This document shows positions 1 to 13,000 of a DNA stretch of 64,000 nt, one piece after another. This stretch comes from Leucoraja erinacea. Lineage: Eukaryota. Position 1 is the first letter of the stretch; the number at the start of each line of letters is the position of its first letter. Location of the stretch: contig NC_073391.1 of the NCBI RefSeq assembly GCF_028641065.1, positions 34,782,001-34,846,000 of the forward strand, written 5' to 3'. The notes beneath the pieces are model-generated. The model worked only from the letters and a program-made list of their open reading frames with translations, was not told the DNA's origin and ran no database searches. The position numbers were made by a program, and so were the translations under genes.

Positions 1-660
1 CACCGATGTCAGGCTAACTTGTCTATAATTCCCTGCTTTCTCTCTCCCTCCTTTCTTAAAAACTCTACAAACTCCCTTTCTTGGAGTCCAGTACCAAACT
101 GATTTTCCCAGTCTATGTGCATGTTGAAATCTCCCATGATCACCTTTGTTACATAGCAATTTTAACTCCTGATGCAACTTGCACCCTATATCCAGGCTAC
201 TGTTTGGGGGCCTGTAGATTACTCCTATTAGGGTATTTTCACCCTTACAATTTCTCAGTTCTATCCACAATGAGTCTACATCTTCTGATTCTGTCACCCC
301 TAGCAAGGAACTGAATTTCATTCCTTACCTATAGAGCTACCCCACTGCCTCTGCCCACCTGTCTGTCTTTTCAATAGAATGTACACCCCTGAATATTCAG
401 TTCCCAGCTCTGATCCTCTTGCAGCCATGTCTCTGTAATTCCCACAACATCGTACTCACCAATTTCTAACTGTGCCTCAAGTTCATCCACTTTATTTCTT
501 ATACTTTGTACATTCATATATAACACTTGATTCAGTATTCACCTCCCCTCTCACACCGGTTCCTATTTCACCTGACCTTACTCTCTTATCCCTTCTTAAA
601 CTTTCCATTCCCATTAATTCGGGTGTCAATCGTAATTTTTCCTTTACTCTCTTCCCATTT
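1..660 (-). mobile_element. CR1 LINE fragments (antisense)
   Basis: About 70-145 is the reverse complement of the CR1 endonuclease segment at about 1120-1195. Confidence 0.75.
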
Positions 661-694
661 AAATGCATCCTTACACTCCCAATTTGCCAAACGC

Positions 695-713
695 CCCCCC
701 CCCCCCCCCCCCC

Positions 714-749
<36 letters not shown>
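695..749. repeat. Poly-C tract
   Basis: About 55 C with one A; source of the poly-Pro/poly-Gly ORFs. Confidence 0.95.
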
Positions 750-764
750 ACCGGTGTTTTAGTT

Positions 765-2695
765 TTAAAACCTGCCAGTGTAGAACTAGCAAATTATAAT
801 GGTAAAAATACCGCATTGGGAGTTATGTACAGGGCCCCAAACAGTAGCCATGATATAAGATACAAGTTACATCAGGAGATAAAATTGCCATGTAGAAACA
901 TAGAAACATAGAAAATAGGTGCAGGAGTAGGCCATTCGGCCCTTCGAGCCTGCACCGCCATTCGTTATGATCATGGCTGATCATCCAACTCAGTATCCTG
1001 TACCTGCCTTCTCTCCATACCCTCTGATCCCTTTAGCCACAAGGGCCACATCTAACTCACTTTTAAATATAGCCAATGAACTGGCCTCAACTACATTCTG
1101 TGTAAAAAAGGCAATGCCACGGTGGTCATAGGAGATTTCAATGTGCAGATAGACTGGGGAAATCAGGTTTGTACTGGACCCCAAGCAAGGGAATTTGTAG
1201 AGTGCCTCCGAGATGGATTCTTAGAGCAGCTTGTAATGAAGCAAACCAGGGAGAAGGCAATTTTGGATTTTGTGTTATGTAATAAACCAGATTTGATAAG
1301 GGAACTCGAGGTAAAGGAACCATTAGGAGGTAGCGACCACAATATGATACTTTAATCTGCAATTTGAGAGCGAGAAGGTGGAATCGGGTGGGTTGGTATT
1401 GAAGCTGAGTCTAGATGGGGCATCTTGGCCTGCGTGGGCAAGTTGGGCCAAAGGGCCTGTTTCGGGACTACAAGGCATGAGGGAGGAGCTGGCCAAAGTT
1501 GACTGGAAAGGGACCCTAGCAGGGATGACGGCGGAACAGCAACGGCAGGAATTTCTCGGAATAATCCAGAAGATGCAGGATCTTTTCATTCCAAAGAGGA
1601 AGAAAGATTCTAGCGGGAGAAAGAGGTGACCGTGACTGACAAGGGAAGTCAAATACAGTTTCAAACTAAAAGGGAAGACGTATAACATAGCAAAGATTAG
1701 TGGGAAGCCAGAGGATTGGGAAGCTTGGGATTGGGAAAAACAGAACAAATAGCAGAGGAGTTAAATAACTTTTTTGCATCAGTCTTCACAATTGAAGACA
1801 CCAGCAACATACCTGAAATTCAAGAGAGTCAGGGGGTGGATGTTAGTGGAGTGGCTACTACTAGGCAGAAGGTGCTTGGGGAGCTGAAAGGGCTGAAGGT
1901 GTTTACGTCACCCGGATGGGATGGACTACACCCTAGGGTTCTGAAAGAGGTGGCTATAGAGATTGTGGAGGCATTGATAGTGATATTTCAAGAATCACTA
2001 GAGACAGGAGAGGTCCCAGATGATTGGAAAATTGCCAATCGTACCCCGCTGCACAAGAAGGGAGGAAAGCGGAATAGTGGGAACTATAAGCCGGGTAGTC
2101 TGTCTTCGGTGGTTGGTAAGATTTTAGAGTCCATTATAAAGGATGAGGTTACAGAGTACTAAGAAGTTCAGGATAAAATGGGCCAAAGTCAGCATGGCTT
2201 GGTGAAGGGAAGGTCTTGCTTGACAACATCTGCTGAAATACTTTGAAGAAGTAAATTGCAGGACAGACAAAGGTGAGTCAGTAGATGGTGTTTACTTAGA
2301 TTTTCAAAAAGCTTTAGATAAGGTGCTACACGCGAGGCTGCTAAGGAAGATGAGAGCCCACGGTATCAAAGGGCAGGTATGAGCATGGATAACAGGTTGG
2401 CTGGATGGCAGAAGACAAAGTGTGGCAACATAGGGGGCTTTATCTGGTTGGCTGCCAGTGACTAGTGGAGTTCCACAGCAGTCGGTGCTGGGGTCGCTAC
2501 TCTTCACGTTGTATATTAATGATTTGGACGAGGGGATTCAAGACTTTGTGGCGAATGATATGAAAATAGGTGGAGGGCCATGTAGTGCAGGGAAAGCATG
2601 AACTCTGTAGAACTTGGACAGGTTGGGAGAGTGGGCAGAGAAGTGGCAGATGGAATATAGTGTAGCGGAGTGTGGAGTCAGGCATTATGGTGGTA
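765..2695 (+). mobile_element. Decayed CR1 LINE ORF2 (APE endonuclease and RT), with a nested antisense CR1 3' end at about 892-1100
   Basis: YRAPN, IGDFN, LGGSDH, SPGWDGLHPRVLKE, DWKIAN, YLDFQKAFDKV motifs with stops and frameshifts. Confidence 0.92.
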
Positions 2696-3559
2696 GGACT
2701 CGCTGTGACCGCGCGGGTCTTCTCTTGGTGCTCCAGTTTCCAAAGACGTACAGACATAGAGGTTTTCATAATTGTAAATTGCCCCAAGTGTGTGCAGGAT
2801 AGTGTTAGTGTGCGGGAATCGCTGGTCGGCATGGATTTGATGGGCCGATGGGCCTCTTTCTGCGCTGTGTATCGAACCTAAACTAAACGATTCGAATGGG
2901 TTGACCTGGGCCACGAAACTTAAAAGCAAATGGTGTTGCTGTCTATCTCCTCACTTTGAAATCCAATACCAATCACGCCAGACTTTCAACGCTATCATTC
3001 CAGGGAGTATCCCTGTGATACTTAGCAAAGTGCACAGTTACATCATTCACAATATGGGTCTGATTCTCAAAAGGCCCCCTCATCCCTTGAGGACATGTGG
3101 AAATAAAAGGATTTATCTTCAAACAGAAAAAAATCACAAGGAACTGCAGGTGCTGGTTTACAAAAGTAAACACAAAATGCTGGAGTAACTCAGTGGGTCA
3201 GGCAGCATCTGTGGAGAACATCAATAGGCAACGCTTTAGGTTGGGACCCTTCTCCAGTGTGAAGGAGAAACACAGATCTTTATATTAGTTTTCCTCATTA
3301 TATTTGAGTTGAGTCTGTTTCTTTGCTCACTACCTCTGCACCGTCAAAGCCCGGCACCTACTCGCAATGCTAACACTTACAGCAGATAGACACAAAAAGC
3401 CAGAGTACCTCAGTGGGTTAGCGAGCATCTCTGGAGAAAAGGAATAGGTGACATTTCGGGTCGAGACCCTTCTTCAGTCTGAGAATCAGGGGAAAGGGAG
3501 ACGAGAGATACAGATAGGATGACAATGAAACTAGTACGATGACTAGGGTGGAGGAGGGA

Positions 3560-4032
3560 CATAGAAACATAGAAAATAGGTGCCTGTGAGCCTGCACCGC
3601 CATCCAATATGATCATGGCTGATCATCTAACTCAGTATCCTGTACCTGCCTTCTCTCCATACCCCCTGATACCTTTAGCCACAAGGGCCACATCTAACTC
3701 CCTCTTTAATACAGCCAATGAACTGGCCTCAACTACCTTTTGTGGCAGAGAATTCCAGAGATTCCCCACTCTCTGTGTGAAAAATGTTTTTCTCATCTCG
3801 GTCCTAAAAGATTTCCCCCTTATCCTTAAACTGTGACCCCTTGTTCTGGACTTCCCCAACATCGGGAACAATCTTCCTGCATCTAGCCTGTCCAACCCCT
3901 TAAGAATTTTGTAAGTTTCTATAAGATCCCCCCTCAATCTTCTAAATTCTAGAGAGTGCAAGCCGAGTCTATCCAGTCTTTCTTCATATGAAAGTCCTGA
4001 CATCCTAGGAATCAGTCTGGTGAACCTTCTCT
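3560..4032 (-). mobile_element. CR1 LINE 3' end
   Basis: [31 protein letters not shown] plus TTCTATGT-type tail. Confidence 0.92.
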
Positions 4033-4547
4033 GACAAAGAGAGAGGCGATGCAAATATTTACACCCCTACATTCACACCCTTATTCCATGCTTACACAAT
4101 GGATACAATTGCTCTCGTACACACTGTGTTACTGGTGACAGCTCAGAACAAGACCAATATTCCACATTTGGTTACAGCCTGTGTCTGATGAAATGTTAAT
4201 GATGTGGCTCCAGTATAAATGTCCCTGGTCACAGCGCACTGCTCTGGGAGTTGGGATTCAGTTTCATCGAGTCAATTCCCTGGCACCAGTTCAGGACAAC
4301 GAGTAGACTGCATCAGGACCTGCTGACTCCACCTCACTACTGGATCAGTCTAATGGCACAGACCTAGCTTGGAGCCCAGTGTAAAAATGTCCAGTTTAAA
4401 AATGTCTCATTTTTTCATTGACTTCATTATTCCAGAAATTGCTCTGAATATTAAACTTTAAATTAGCACAGTCTTGCAGGTTTTATTCTGTGAAGAAACA
4501 TACAGCACTCACTGATAAACATTGCTGGATTAATTGTGTTTATTCTA

Positions 4548-4830
4548 GGTAGAGGTGCTGCCTCACAGCGCCAGAGACCCGGGTTCCATCCCGACTGTGT
4601 GGTTTGTACATTCTCCATGTGACCACATGGGTTTCCTCTGGATGCTCCAGTTTCCTCCCTCATCCCAATGACGAGTGGATTTATAGGTTAGTTGGTCTCT
4701 GTAAATTGCCCCTAATATGTAGGGAGTGGATGGGAAAGTGGCATAGAAGTAACATAGAACTAGTGTGAATGGGTGATCGATGGTCGTCATAGACTCAGTG
4801 GGCCAAAGGCCCTATTTCCTTGCTGTATCC
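4548..4830 (+). mobile_element. tRNA-derived HE1/V-SINE-like SINE (other copies at about 6960-7260 -, 8300-8590 -, 8620-8920 -, 14245-14490 +, 37820-38080 +, 42010-42270 +, 48930-49170 +, 57870-58130 -, 60950-61230 -, 62600-62860 -)
   Basis: GGTAGAG..GCCTCACAGCGCCAGAGACCCGGGTTC head, GGTTTCCTCC..CCCAAAGAC core, CR1-like tail GGGCCxAAGGGCCTGTTTC. Confidence 0.8.
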
Positions 4831-4867
4831 CTAACTCCATACTAATTTCAATGCTGTTTTAATATGT

Positions 4868-5370
4868 GCCAGAGGGAGTGCAGAGAAGGTTCACCAGTGA
4901 TCCCTGGGATGTCAGGACTTTCATATGAAGAAAAACTGGATAGACTCGGCTTGTACTCGCTAGAATTTGGAAGATTGAGGGGGGATCTTATAGAAACGCA
5001 CAAAATTCTTAAGGGGTTTGACAGGCTAGATGCAGGAAGATTGTTCCCGATGTTGAGGAAGTCTAGAACAAGGGGTCACAGTTTAAGGATAAGGGGGATG
5101 TCTTTTAGGACCGCGATGAGAAAAACATTTTTCACACAGTGGTAAATCTGTGGAATTCTCTGCTACAGAAGGTAGTTGAGGCCAGTTCATTGGCTATATT
5201 TACGAGGGAGTTAGATGTGGCCCTTGTGGCTAAAGGAATCAGGGGGTATGGGGAGAAGGCAGGTACAGGATACTGAGTTGGATGATCAGCCATGATCATA
5301 TTGAAAGGCAGTGCAAGCTCGAAGGGCCGAATGGCCTACTCCTGCACCTATTTTCTATGTTTCTATGTTT
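4868..5370 (+). mobile_element. CR1 LINE 3' end
   Basis: Same ORF2 C-terminus, ending ttctatgtttctatgttt. Confidence 0.92.
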
Positions 5371-8050
5371 ACCTCATCTGGAAGCTTGTTCTATACTACC
5401 CACCACCCTCTGTGAAAGAGTTTCCCCTCAAGTTTGTATATAATCTTCTTCCCCTCACCTTATATATATGTTCTCTTGGTTTTGATTCCCCCTACCCTGG
5501 GTAAAAGTCATTACATTGGGAAGAAAGAAGAAGAATTTCACCAGGATGTTATCTGAGCTTGCTTGCTTGAATTACTAGGGAAGGTTGGATAGGCTGGGAT
5601 TTTTAAAATTTGGAGCAGAGGAGTCTGAGCGGTAACCTTATTGCGGTGTACCAGATTATGCGGGGCATGGAAAAAGGGGCATTGCAAATCTAGAGGGCAC
5701 AGACAAGGTGAGAGGGGAGAGATTTAAGAGGAACCTTAGGGGCAACATTTTCACACAGAGGGCAGTCTGTATCTGGAATGAGGAATGAGCTGCCAGAGGA
5801 AGTTATAGAATTAAATACAATTACAGTTTAAAAGGCATTTGGACAGATATATGGATAGGCTGGGTTTAGATAGCTAAGGGCCAAATGCAGGCAAATGGGA
5901 CTAGCCCAGAAGGCCAACTTAGTCAGCATGGACAAGATGGGCTGAAGGGCCTGTTTCCTTACTGTACAGCTCATTATTGTAAGTGTGTTCCCAACACCCC
6001 TACCCTTCACCAGCCCTGTCCCAAACCAACCTTAGGGTGAATAGTCCACAAGTACTACTTAGTGTCAGCTGGCAACTTAGAAACCTCTCTAACGACTTCA
6101 CCAGGGAGACGATTAGACTGAGGGGGAGGTATTTATAGAGAGAATATCAGGTAACTTCATTCACAGAGAACAGACACACAGCCCAGGATGATAACCTTGG
6201 TCGAGGCCCTGGGGCTGTGGTCTCTGTGTGAGAGATGGTGTTGGTCCACAGGACACCACATAATCCTGTGTCTAACTCAACTGTCCGGGGGGAGGACTGG
6301 GCATCAGCTTGTACCCGGTTAGAGGTGCCTCTAGTCTTCCCCCTCCCTCACGCAGCCTCATTCTTTATTTCTCTCTCTCTCTCTCATGCCCGATCTGCTC
6401 CAACTTCCTTTCATCATCTCACTTTCTGCCTCTCACGCTGACTGGTCGCATCACAGGCAGGTTTGACAACTCGAACCCCCAAGAGCGAAGGAGAATACAG
6501 AGAGTAATGGACACAGAGTACTGACCTCCCCGCCATTGAACGGATCTACAGGAGGTGCATCATCAAAAAGGCAGCCAGCATCGTCAAAGACCCACACCAC
6601 CCTGGCCACACTCTCATCTCACTGGTACCTGAAAACCGTGACCTCCAGGTTCAACAACAGCTTCTTCCCGGCGACCATCAGGCTCTTGAACACTGCACAA
6701 CACTGACCTCAGCAACTGCGACCTTATATGGACTTTGTTCTGTTTGCACCACAGACTGGTTTTGCACTATTATGGTCTGGCGTACCTAGTATTACAGTTA
6801 TTCATTTATTGTATTATTTTAGAAACAAGGAACTGTAAAAGCTGGTTTAGGTAGCCTCTCTGGAGAACATGGGTCGGTAATGTTTTGGGTTGGGGCCCTT
6901 CTTCAGGCCGCCGGAGTTGGATACCGACCCGAAATGTCACCAAAATTGTAGACTTGAGATTTTAGAGTCACAGTGTGGAAACAGGCCCTTTTGCCCACAG
7001 AGTCCGTGCCGACCAGCGATCATCCTGTACACTACTTCGATCCTATACACTAGGGATTAATCAACAATTTACAGAAACCAATTAACCTACAAACCTGTAC
7101 ATCTTCAAAGTGTGGGAGGAAACCAGATCATGTGGAGAAAACCTACATGGCCACAGGAGGAATGTACTCACTTCTTACGGACAGCACCCGGAGTCATGAT
7201 TGAAGCCAGGTCTCTGGACCGGTGATGTAGCAACTGTACCGCTACTCCACCATGCCGCACTTTGTTCCACACATGTTCTCCAGAGATGATGCCTGCCTGA
7301 CCCACTGAGCTACTCCAGCACTCTGCGTCCTTTCATTGTGTTATTGATTATTGCAATTTGTCTGTGTGTTGTGTGATAATGGGCCTGTAAAGCTACACAG
7401 TCGAGTTGGCAGTACATGTGACAATTGCACACTCTTGACTCTTGTTTCTGTCTCTGTCACTTTCACTCTCTCTCAAACCTATTTTCCCCTCCTCTCCTTC
7501 TCTCTCTCTCTCCATCTCTCTCTTGATCCCTTGCTCTCTCTGTCTCACTCTCTCTGTAAACGATCTTTCTCTTTAACATTCTCCTGTCTCTCTTGTCACA
7601 GTCTCTCAGACTTACCGACTGCCACTCACTGCATGGGGAATAAGGGTTCAATGTCAATTAGAGACTTGACAATTTTTTTTACATCAGTCACGTTGAAAAC
7701 TGAGATGATCAATAAAACAAAACTGCTTATCTGGGGCTCAATTTGTCTCACTCCTGACAAGTAAAACACTCCCATCCGCTGAATTTCTTTTGCTTCCTTG
7801 ATCACTGTCAATCTCTCTGACATACACACCTCAGCTGGGAATTTAGTATTAAAGCATCATAGAGTCACACCGCATAGCAACACACCCCTCGGCCCATCCA
7901 GTCCATCTACACTAGACCCATTTGCAGTGTTTGGCCCGTATCTCTTTAAACCTTGCCCATCCATGTACCTGTCCAAATGTCTATTAAATGTTGTTATTGT
8001 GCTGGTCTCAACCACCTCCTCTGGTCAGCAAGGCAAAGGAGTGAGTAATT

Positions 8051-8274
8051 GCCCCTGTCCCACTTAGGAAACCTGAACGGAAACTTCTGGAGACTTTGCG
8101 CCCCACCCAAGGTTTTTGTGCGGTTCCCGGAGGTTCCTGGAGGTTTTTGTCAGTCTCCTTACCTTCTTCCACTACCTGCAACCTCCGGCAACCACCTGCA
8201 ACCTCCAGGAACCGCACGGTGGGGCACAAAGTCTCCAGAGGTTTCCGTTCAGGTTTCCTAAGTGGGACAGGGGC
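8051..8274. mobile_element. Palindromic MITE (possibly PIF/Harbinger-type)
   Basis: Long TIRs GCCCCTGTCCCACTTAGGAAACCTGAACGG / reverse complement; second copy at 13815-14024. Confidence 0.85.
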
Positions 8275-9650
8275 TTTCTTGACCAGGCAATGAGGAGTTT
8301 TAGTTTTAGAGATACAGCATGGAAACAGGCTCTTCGGGGCCGCCGTTTCCACGCCGACCAATGATGTCCTACGCACACTAGGGACGATTTTTACATTTAC
8401 CAAGCCAATTAACCTACAAATCTGTACGTATTTGGAGTGAGGGAGGAAACCGAAGATCTTGGAGAAAACCCACAGCAGGTCACCGGGAGAATGTGCAAAC
8501 TCCGTACAGACAGCACCCGTAATCGGGATCGAACCCGGGTCTCCGGCGCTGCATTCGTTGCAAGGCAGCAACTCTACCGCTGCACCACCGTGAGGGTAGA
8601 CACCCCAAACAGCATCAGTTTAGTTTAGTTTAGAGATACAGCATTGAAACAGACCCTTCAAGACACCGAGTCCACGCTGACTATTGATCACCCGTTCACT
8701 AGTTCTATGTGATTCCACTTTCTCATCCACTTGGGCAAGTTACGCAAGTCAACTAACTACAAGCCTGCACGTCTGTAGGATTTGGGAGGAAACCAGAGCA
8801 CCCTGGAGGAAACCCACATGGTCACAGGGAGAATGTGCAAATTCCACACAGGCAGAAACCAAGGTCAGGATTGAACCCGGGTCTCTGGTGCTGTAAGGCA
8901 GCAGCTCTACCCGCTGCACCCTTGCTACAGGGTCAATGGGATGGTAGTGGAGATGATCAAGAGCTTCAAGTCAAGTTTGTGTTGGGACAGTGTAAAGGGA
9001 GCATCACTATTTAAGTTTACATCACTATATAAACCCACATGCCTGTAGAGGAAGCATGTGTCAGATCGTTACAGGGTAACCTTTCCGGTGACTTGTCTAT
9101 GCCGACCGACCCTGCTCTGTGAGTGTGAGAGAGATATGGAGATGTAACCTAATGTCCCCTCACTTGCTGCTCCCCCTCTGTGATTGCTCCTCTGTATCTG
9201 GCTTCTGTACCTTTACATATCTTTAATTTCCCTCCCCCTTGGTCTCTCGAGTCTGAAGAAGGATCTCGACGCGATCTACTCCTTTTCCCCCAGAGATGCT
9301 GCCTGACCTGCTGAGTTACTCCAGCATTTTGTGTCTATCTTCAGTGTAAACCAGCACCTTCAGTTCCTTCCTACACATCCCAGCTTCGATACATGATTCC
9401 CCAGGTAGAAACAAGAAACTGCAGGTGCTGATTAATATTCAAAAGAACACAAAGTGCGGGACTAACTCAATGGGCCAGGCAGCATCTCTGGAGAACTCAG
9501 ATGGATGACGTTTCTGATCAAGATCCTTCTTCAGACTCTTTGTGGCAGTGGTGGGGAGATGGAGAAGAACATTGGAAAAGGGAAGACAGTTTGCTAAAAG
9601 CCTTCATCGCCACAAATCTAGAAGATGAGATGAGACACGGGCAAACAGGC

Positions 9651-9656
9651 TTTATT
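9651..9656 (-). terminator. Probable lipase polyadenylation signal AATAAA
   Basis: tttatt on plus strand about 310 nt past the stop codon. Confidence 0.55.
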
Positions 9657-9968
9657 ACACTGGTCTGTAGATCAGATACAAACTCAGAGTTGTTTCAGAT
9701 TCAGATTCAGATTCAATTTTAATTGTCATTGTCATTGTTTGTGGTCTTCTGTGTCATGGAGTGGGTCTCTTGACTCAGTTGCTCTGATCTATCCACTTGG
9801 CAGCTATTAAATGGCCCTCCCTGTCAGACCCTCTCTTCCACAGGAGACTGTCTGCTTTCAGGTCATGTGCCCATGTCTGTTTGGTTGAAGGGTTAGGATC
9901 GAAGCTCTGTCAATTCCAGCTGGTTTTTGGTCTCAGTCACCAGCAGCTCCTGATGGGCTGAACTGCGT

Positions 9969-10038
9969 CTACTGGGCACAGGGCATCAGAGTTTGCAGGG
10001 TACCCTCAGCAACCATCTGTTTCCCACAGAAGTGGAAC
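9969..10038 (-). CDS. Lipase last coding exon ([22 protein letters not shown])
   Basis: ttgcag acceptor; FC...LxPC terminal disulfide motif; TAG at 9969-9971. Confidence 0.93.
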
Positions 10039-13000
10039 CTGCAAGGGGGCAAAGCAAAGATTTGAGAATATGCAAACCCACCCCTACCCCTGAAGACCAT
10101 GTGAAGCCATTCATTCCATCAAATCTCTCCCATGATCACAGAGATTATAACTGACCCTTTTGTTATACCCAGCTACCTGCCTACACTCCATCCTTTATAC
10201 CGTCAGAGGGAGAGAGAAATCTGTTTGTTTCAGAGTTAAGATATTGTCTGTTTTCCAATTTGTCCTTTCTTTTCATTGAATCATACGGCATGGAAACAGG
10301 CCATTCGGCCCGGAAACAGGCCATTCGGCCCAACTTGCCCATGCCGACCAACATGCCCCATCCACACTATTTCCACCTGCCTGTGTTTGGCCCACATTCT
10401 TCTAAACTTATCCTATCCGTGTACCTGTCTAAATTATTCTTAAACGTTGCGATAGTACCTTCCTCGACTGCCTCCCCCGGCAGCTTGTTCCATACACTCA
10501 CCACGGTTTGTGTAAAAAGGTTACCCCCTCAAGTTGCTATTGAATCTTTCCCCTCTCACCTTAAACTTATCTCCTCCAGTCCTTAATCTCTCTACTCTGG
10601 GAAAAAGCCTGTGCGTTCACCGTCTCTATTCCCCTCCGGATTTTATACACCAGGCTCTTGAACACTGTACAACACTAACATCAGCAACTGTGATCTTCCA
10701 TGGAAGACACAAAGAGCTGGAGTAACTCAGTGGGTCAGGCAGCATCTATGGAGAATATGGTAGGCAGGTGACATTTCAGGTCAGAACCCTTCTTCAGACT
10801 GGTTGCGCGGATTGGGGGGAAAGAAAGGTGGGGCGGAGCAAAGCCTGACAGGTAATAGAACAACAACAGGTGTGCGGGGTTATTGCAAAAGGATTGAAGA
10901 ATTGCAAACTGTGAATCCAGAAGAGGATTTCCTGTGTAAAACCTTTCATAGGAACATAGAAACATAGAAATTAGGTGCAGGAGTAGGCCATTCGGCCCTT
11001 CGAGCCTGCACCGCCATTCAATATGATCATGGCTGATCATCTAACTCAGTATCCCGTACCTGCCTTCTCTCCATACCCCCTGATCCCCTTAGCCACAAGG
11101 GCCACATCTAACTCCCTCTTAAATATAGCCAATGAACTGGCCTCAATACCCTCTGTGGCAGAGAGTTCCAGAGATTCACCACTCTCTGTGTGAAAAAAGT
11201 TCTTCTCATCTCGGTTTTAAAGGATTTCCCCCTTATCCTTAAGCTGTGACCCCTTGTCCTGGACTTCCCTAACATCGGGAACAATCTTCTTGCATCTAGC
11301 CTGTCCAACCCCTTAAGAATTTTGTAAGTTTCTATAAGATCCCCTCTCAATCTTCTAAATTCTAGAGAGCATAAACTAAGTCTATCCAGTCTTTCTTCAT
11401 AAGACAGTCCTGACATCCCAGGAATCAGTCTGGTGAACCTTCTCTGCACTCCCTCTATTGGCAATAATATCCTTCCTCAGATTTGGAGACCAAAACTGTA
11501 CGCAATACTCCAGGTGTGGTCTCACCAAGACCCTGTACAACTGCAGTAGAACCTCCCTGCTCCTATACTCAAATCCTTTTGCAATGAAAGCTAGCATACC
11601 ATTCGCTTTCTTTACAGCCTGCTGCACCTGCATGCCTACCTTCAATGACTGGTGTACCATGACACCCAGGTCTCGCTGCATCTCCCTTTCCCAATCGGCC
11701 ACCATTTAGATAATAGTCTGCTTTCCCGTTTTTGCCACCAAAATGGATAACCTCACATTTATCCACATTATACTGCATCTGCCAAACATTTGCCCACTCA
11801 CCCAGCCTATCCAAGTCACCTTGCAGTCTCCTAGCATCCCCCTCACAGCTAACACTGCCCCCCAGCTTAGTGTCATCTGCAAACTTGGAGATATTGCCTT
11901 CAATTCCCTCATCCCGATCATTAATATATATTGTAAATAGCTGGGGTCCCAGCACTGAGCCTTGCGGTACCCCAGTAGTCACTGCCTGCCATTGTGAAAA
12001 GGACCCGTTTACTCCTACTCTTTGCTTCCTGTTTGCCAGCCAGTTCTCTATCCACATCAATTCTGAACCCCCAATGCCGTGTGCTTTAAGTTTGTATACT
12101 AACTTTCCTAACGATGTACCTGTCCAAATGTCTTAAAACTGCTGCTATAGCACCTGCCACAACTACCTTCTCTGGCAGCTCGTTCCATACACCCACCACC
12201 CACTGAGTGAAAATGTTGCCCCTTGGGTTCCTATTAAATCTTTCTCCTCTCAACTTAAACCTATGTCCTCTGGTTCTTGGTTCCCCAACTCTGGGTAAAA
12301 GACTGTGTATTCACACCATATTTATTCCCTTTTACACACCTCTATAAGATCACCGTGCATCCCACTGCACGCCAAGGAATAAAGTCTGAACCAGAACAGC
12401 CAGGAACATCGGGCCTCTGTAGAGGCAATAGCGGTGGCCTCAATAGGCCTGGCTTTGGGTGAACTTGGGATGGGGACTGGACTTTGTGCCTTCCCCCACA
12501 GTGGTATCCACTGTGGGGGGATGATTTTTCTGTGTGTAAGTTAACATGTTAGTCTGTGTGCAAGATGGCTGTCGGAAGGGAGAGTGGACGCTGGCGCGCT
12601 TTAGCTGCCGCTGCTCTCCACATTGTGTTTTTGATTTTGTGTCTTTGGAATGATTTCTATCTTTAATTTGTGTATTGATGATGTCCTTATTATTTATTTT
12701 TCTCCGACTATATGCTTGTTTCTCTTCTGTTATCTTTTGTAAGGTGTCCTTGGGTGTCCAGAAAGGCGCCAGCAAATAAAATGCATTATTATTATTATGA
12801 ACCTGCCCAACCTCTCTCTGTAGCTCTGGCCCACGAGTCCTGGCAATCTTTTCTGTACCCTTTCCAGCTTAATTTTGTTGTAAGTCATAAGTTCATATGG
12901 TTATAAGTGAAAGGAACAGAATTACGCCATTCGGCCCATCTAGTCTCCTCTGCCATTCAATCAAGGCTAATCTGTCTTTCCCTCTCAACCCCATTCTCCT

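Noticed and set aside
472-911. Poly-Pro/poly-Gly ORFs
   Set aside because: Translations of a poly-C tract adjoining CR1 sequence.
7630-7700. Possible orphan minus-strand exon (FNVTDVKKIVKSLIDIEPLFPM, ag...gtgagt)
   Set aside because: Plausible splice sites but no recognisable homology or partner exons.
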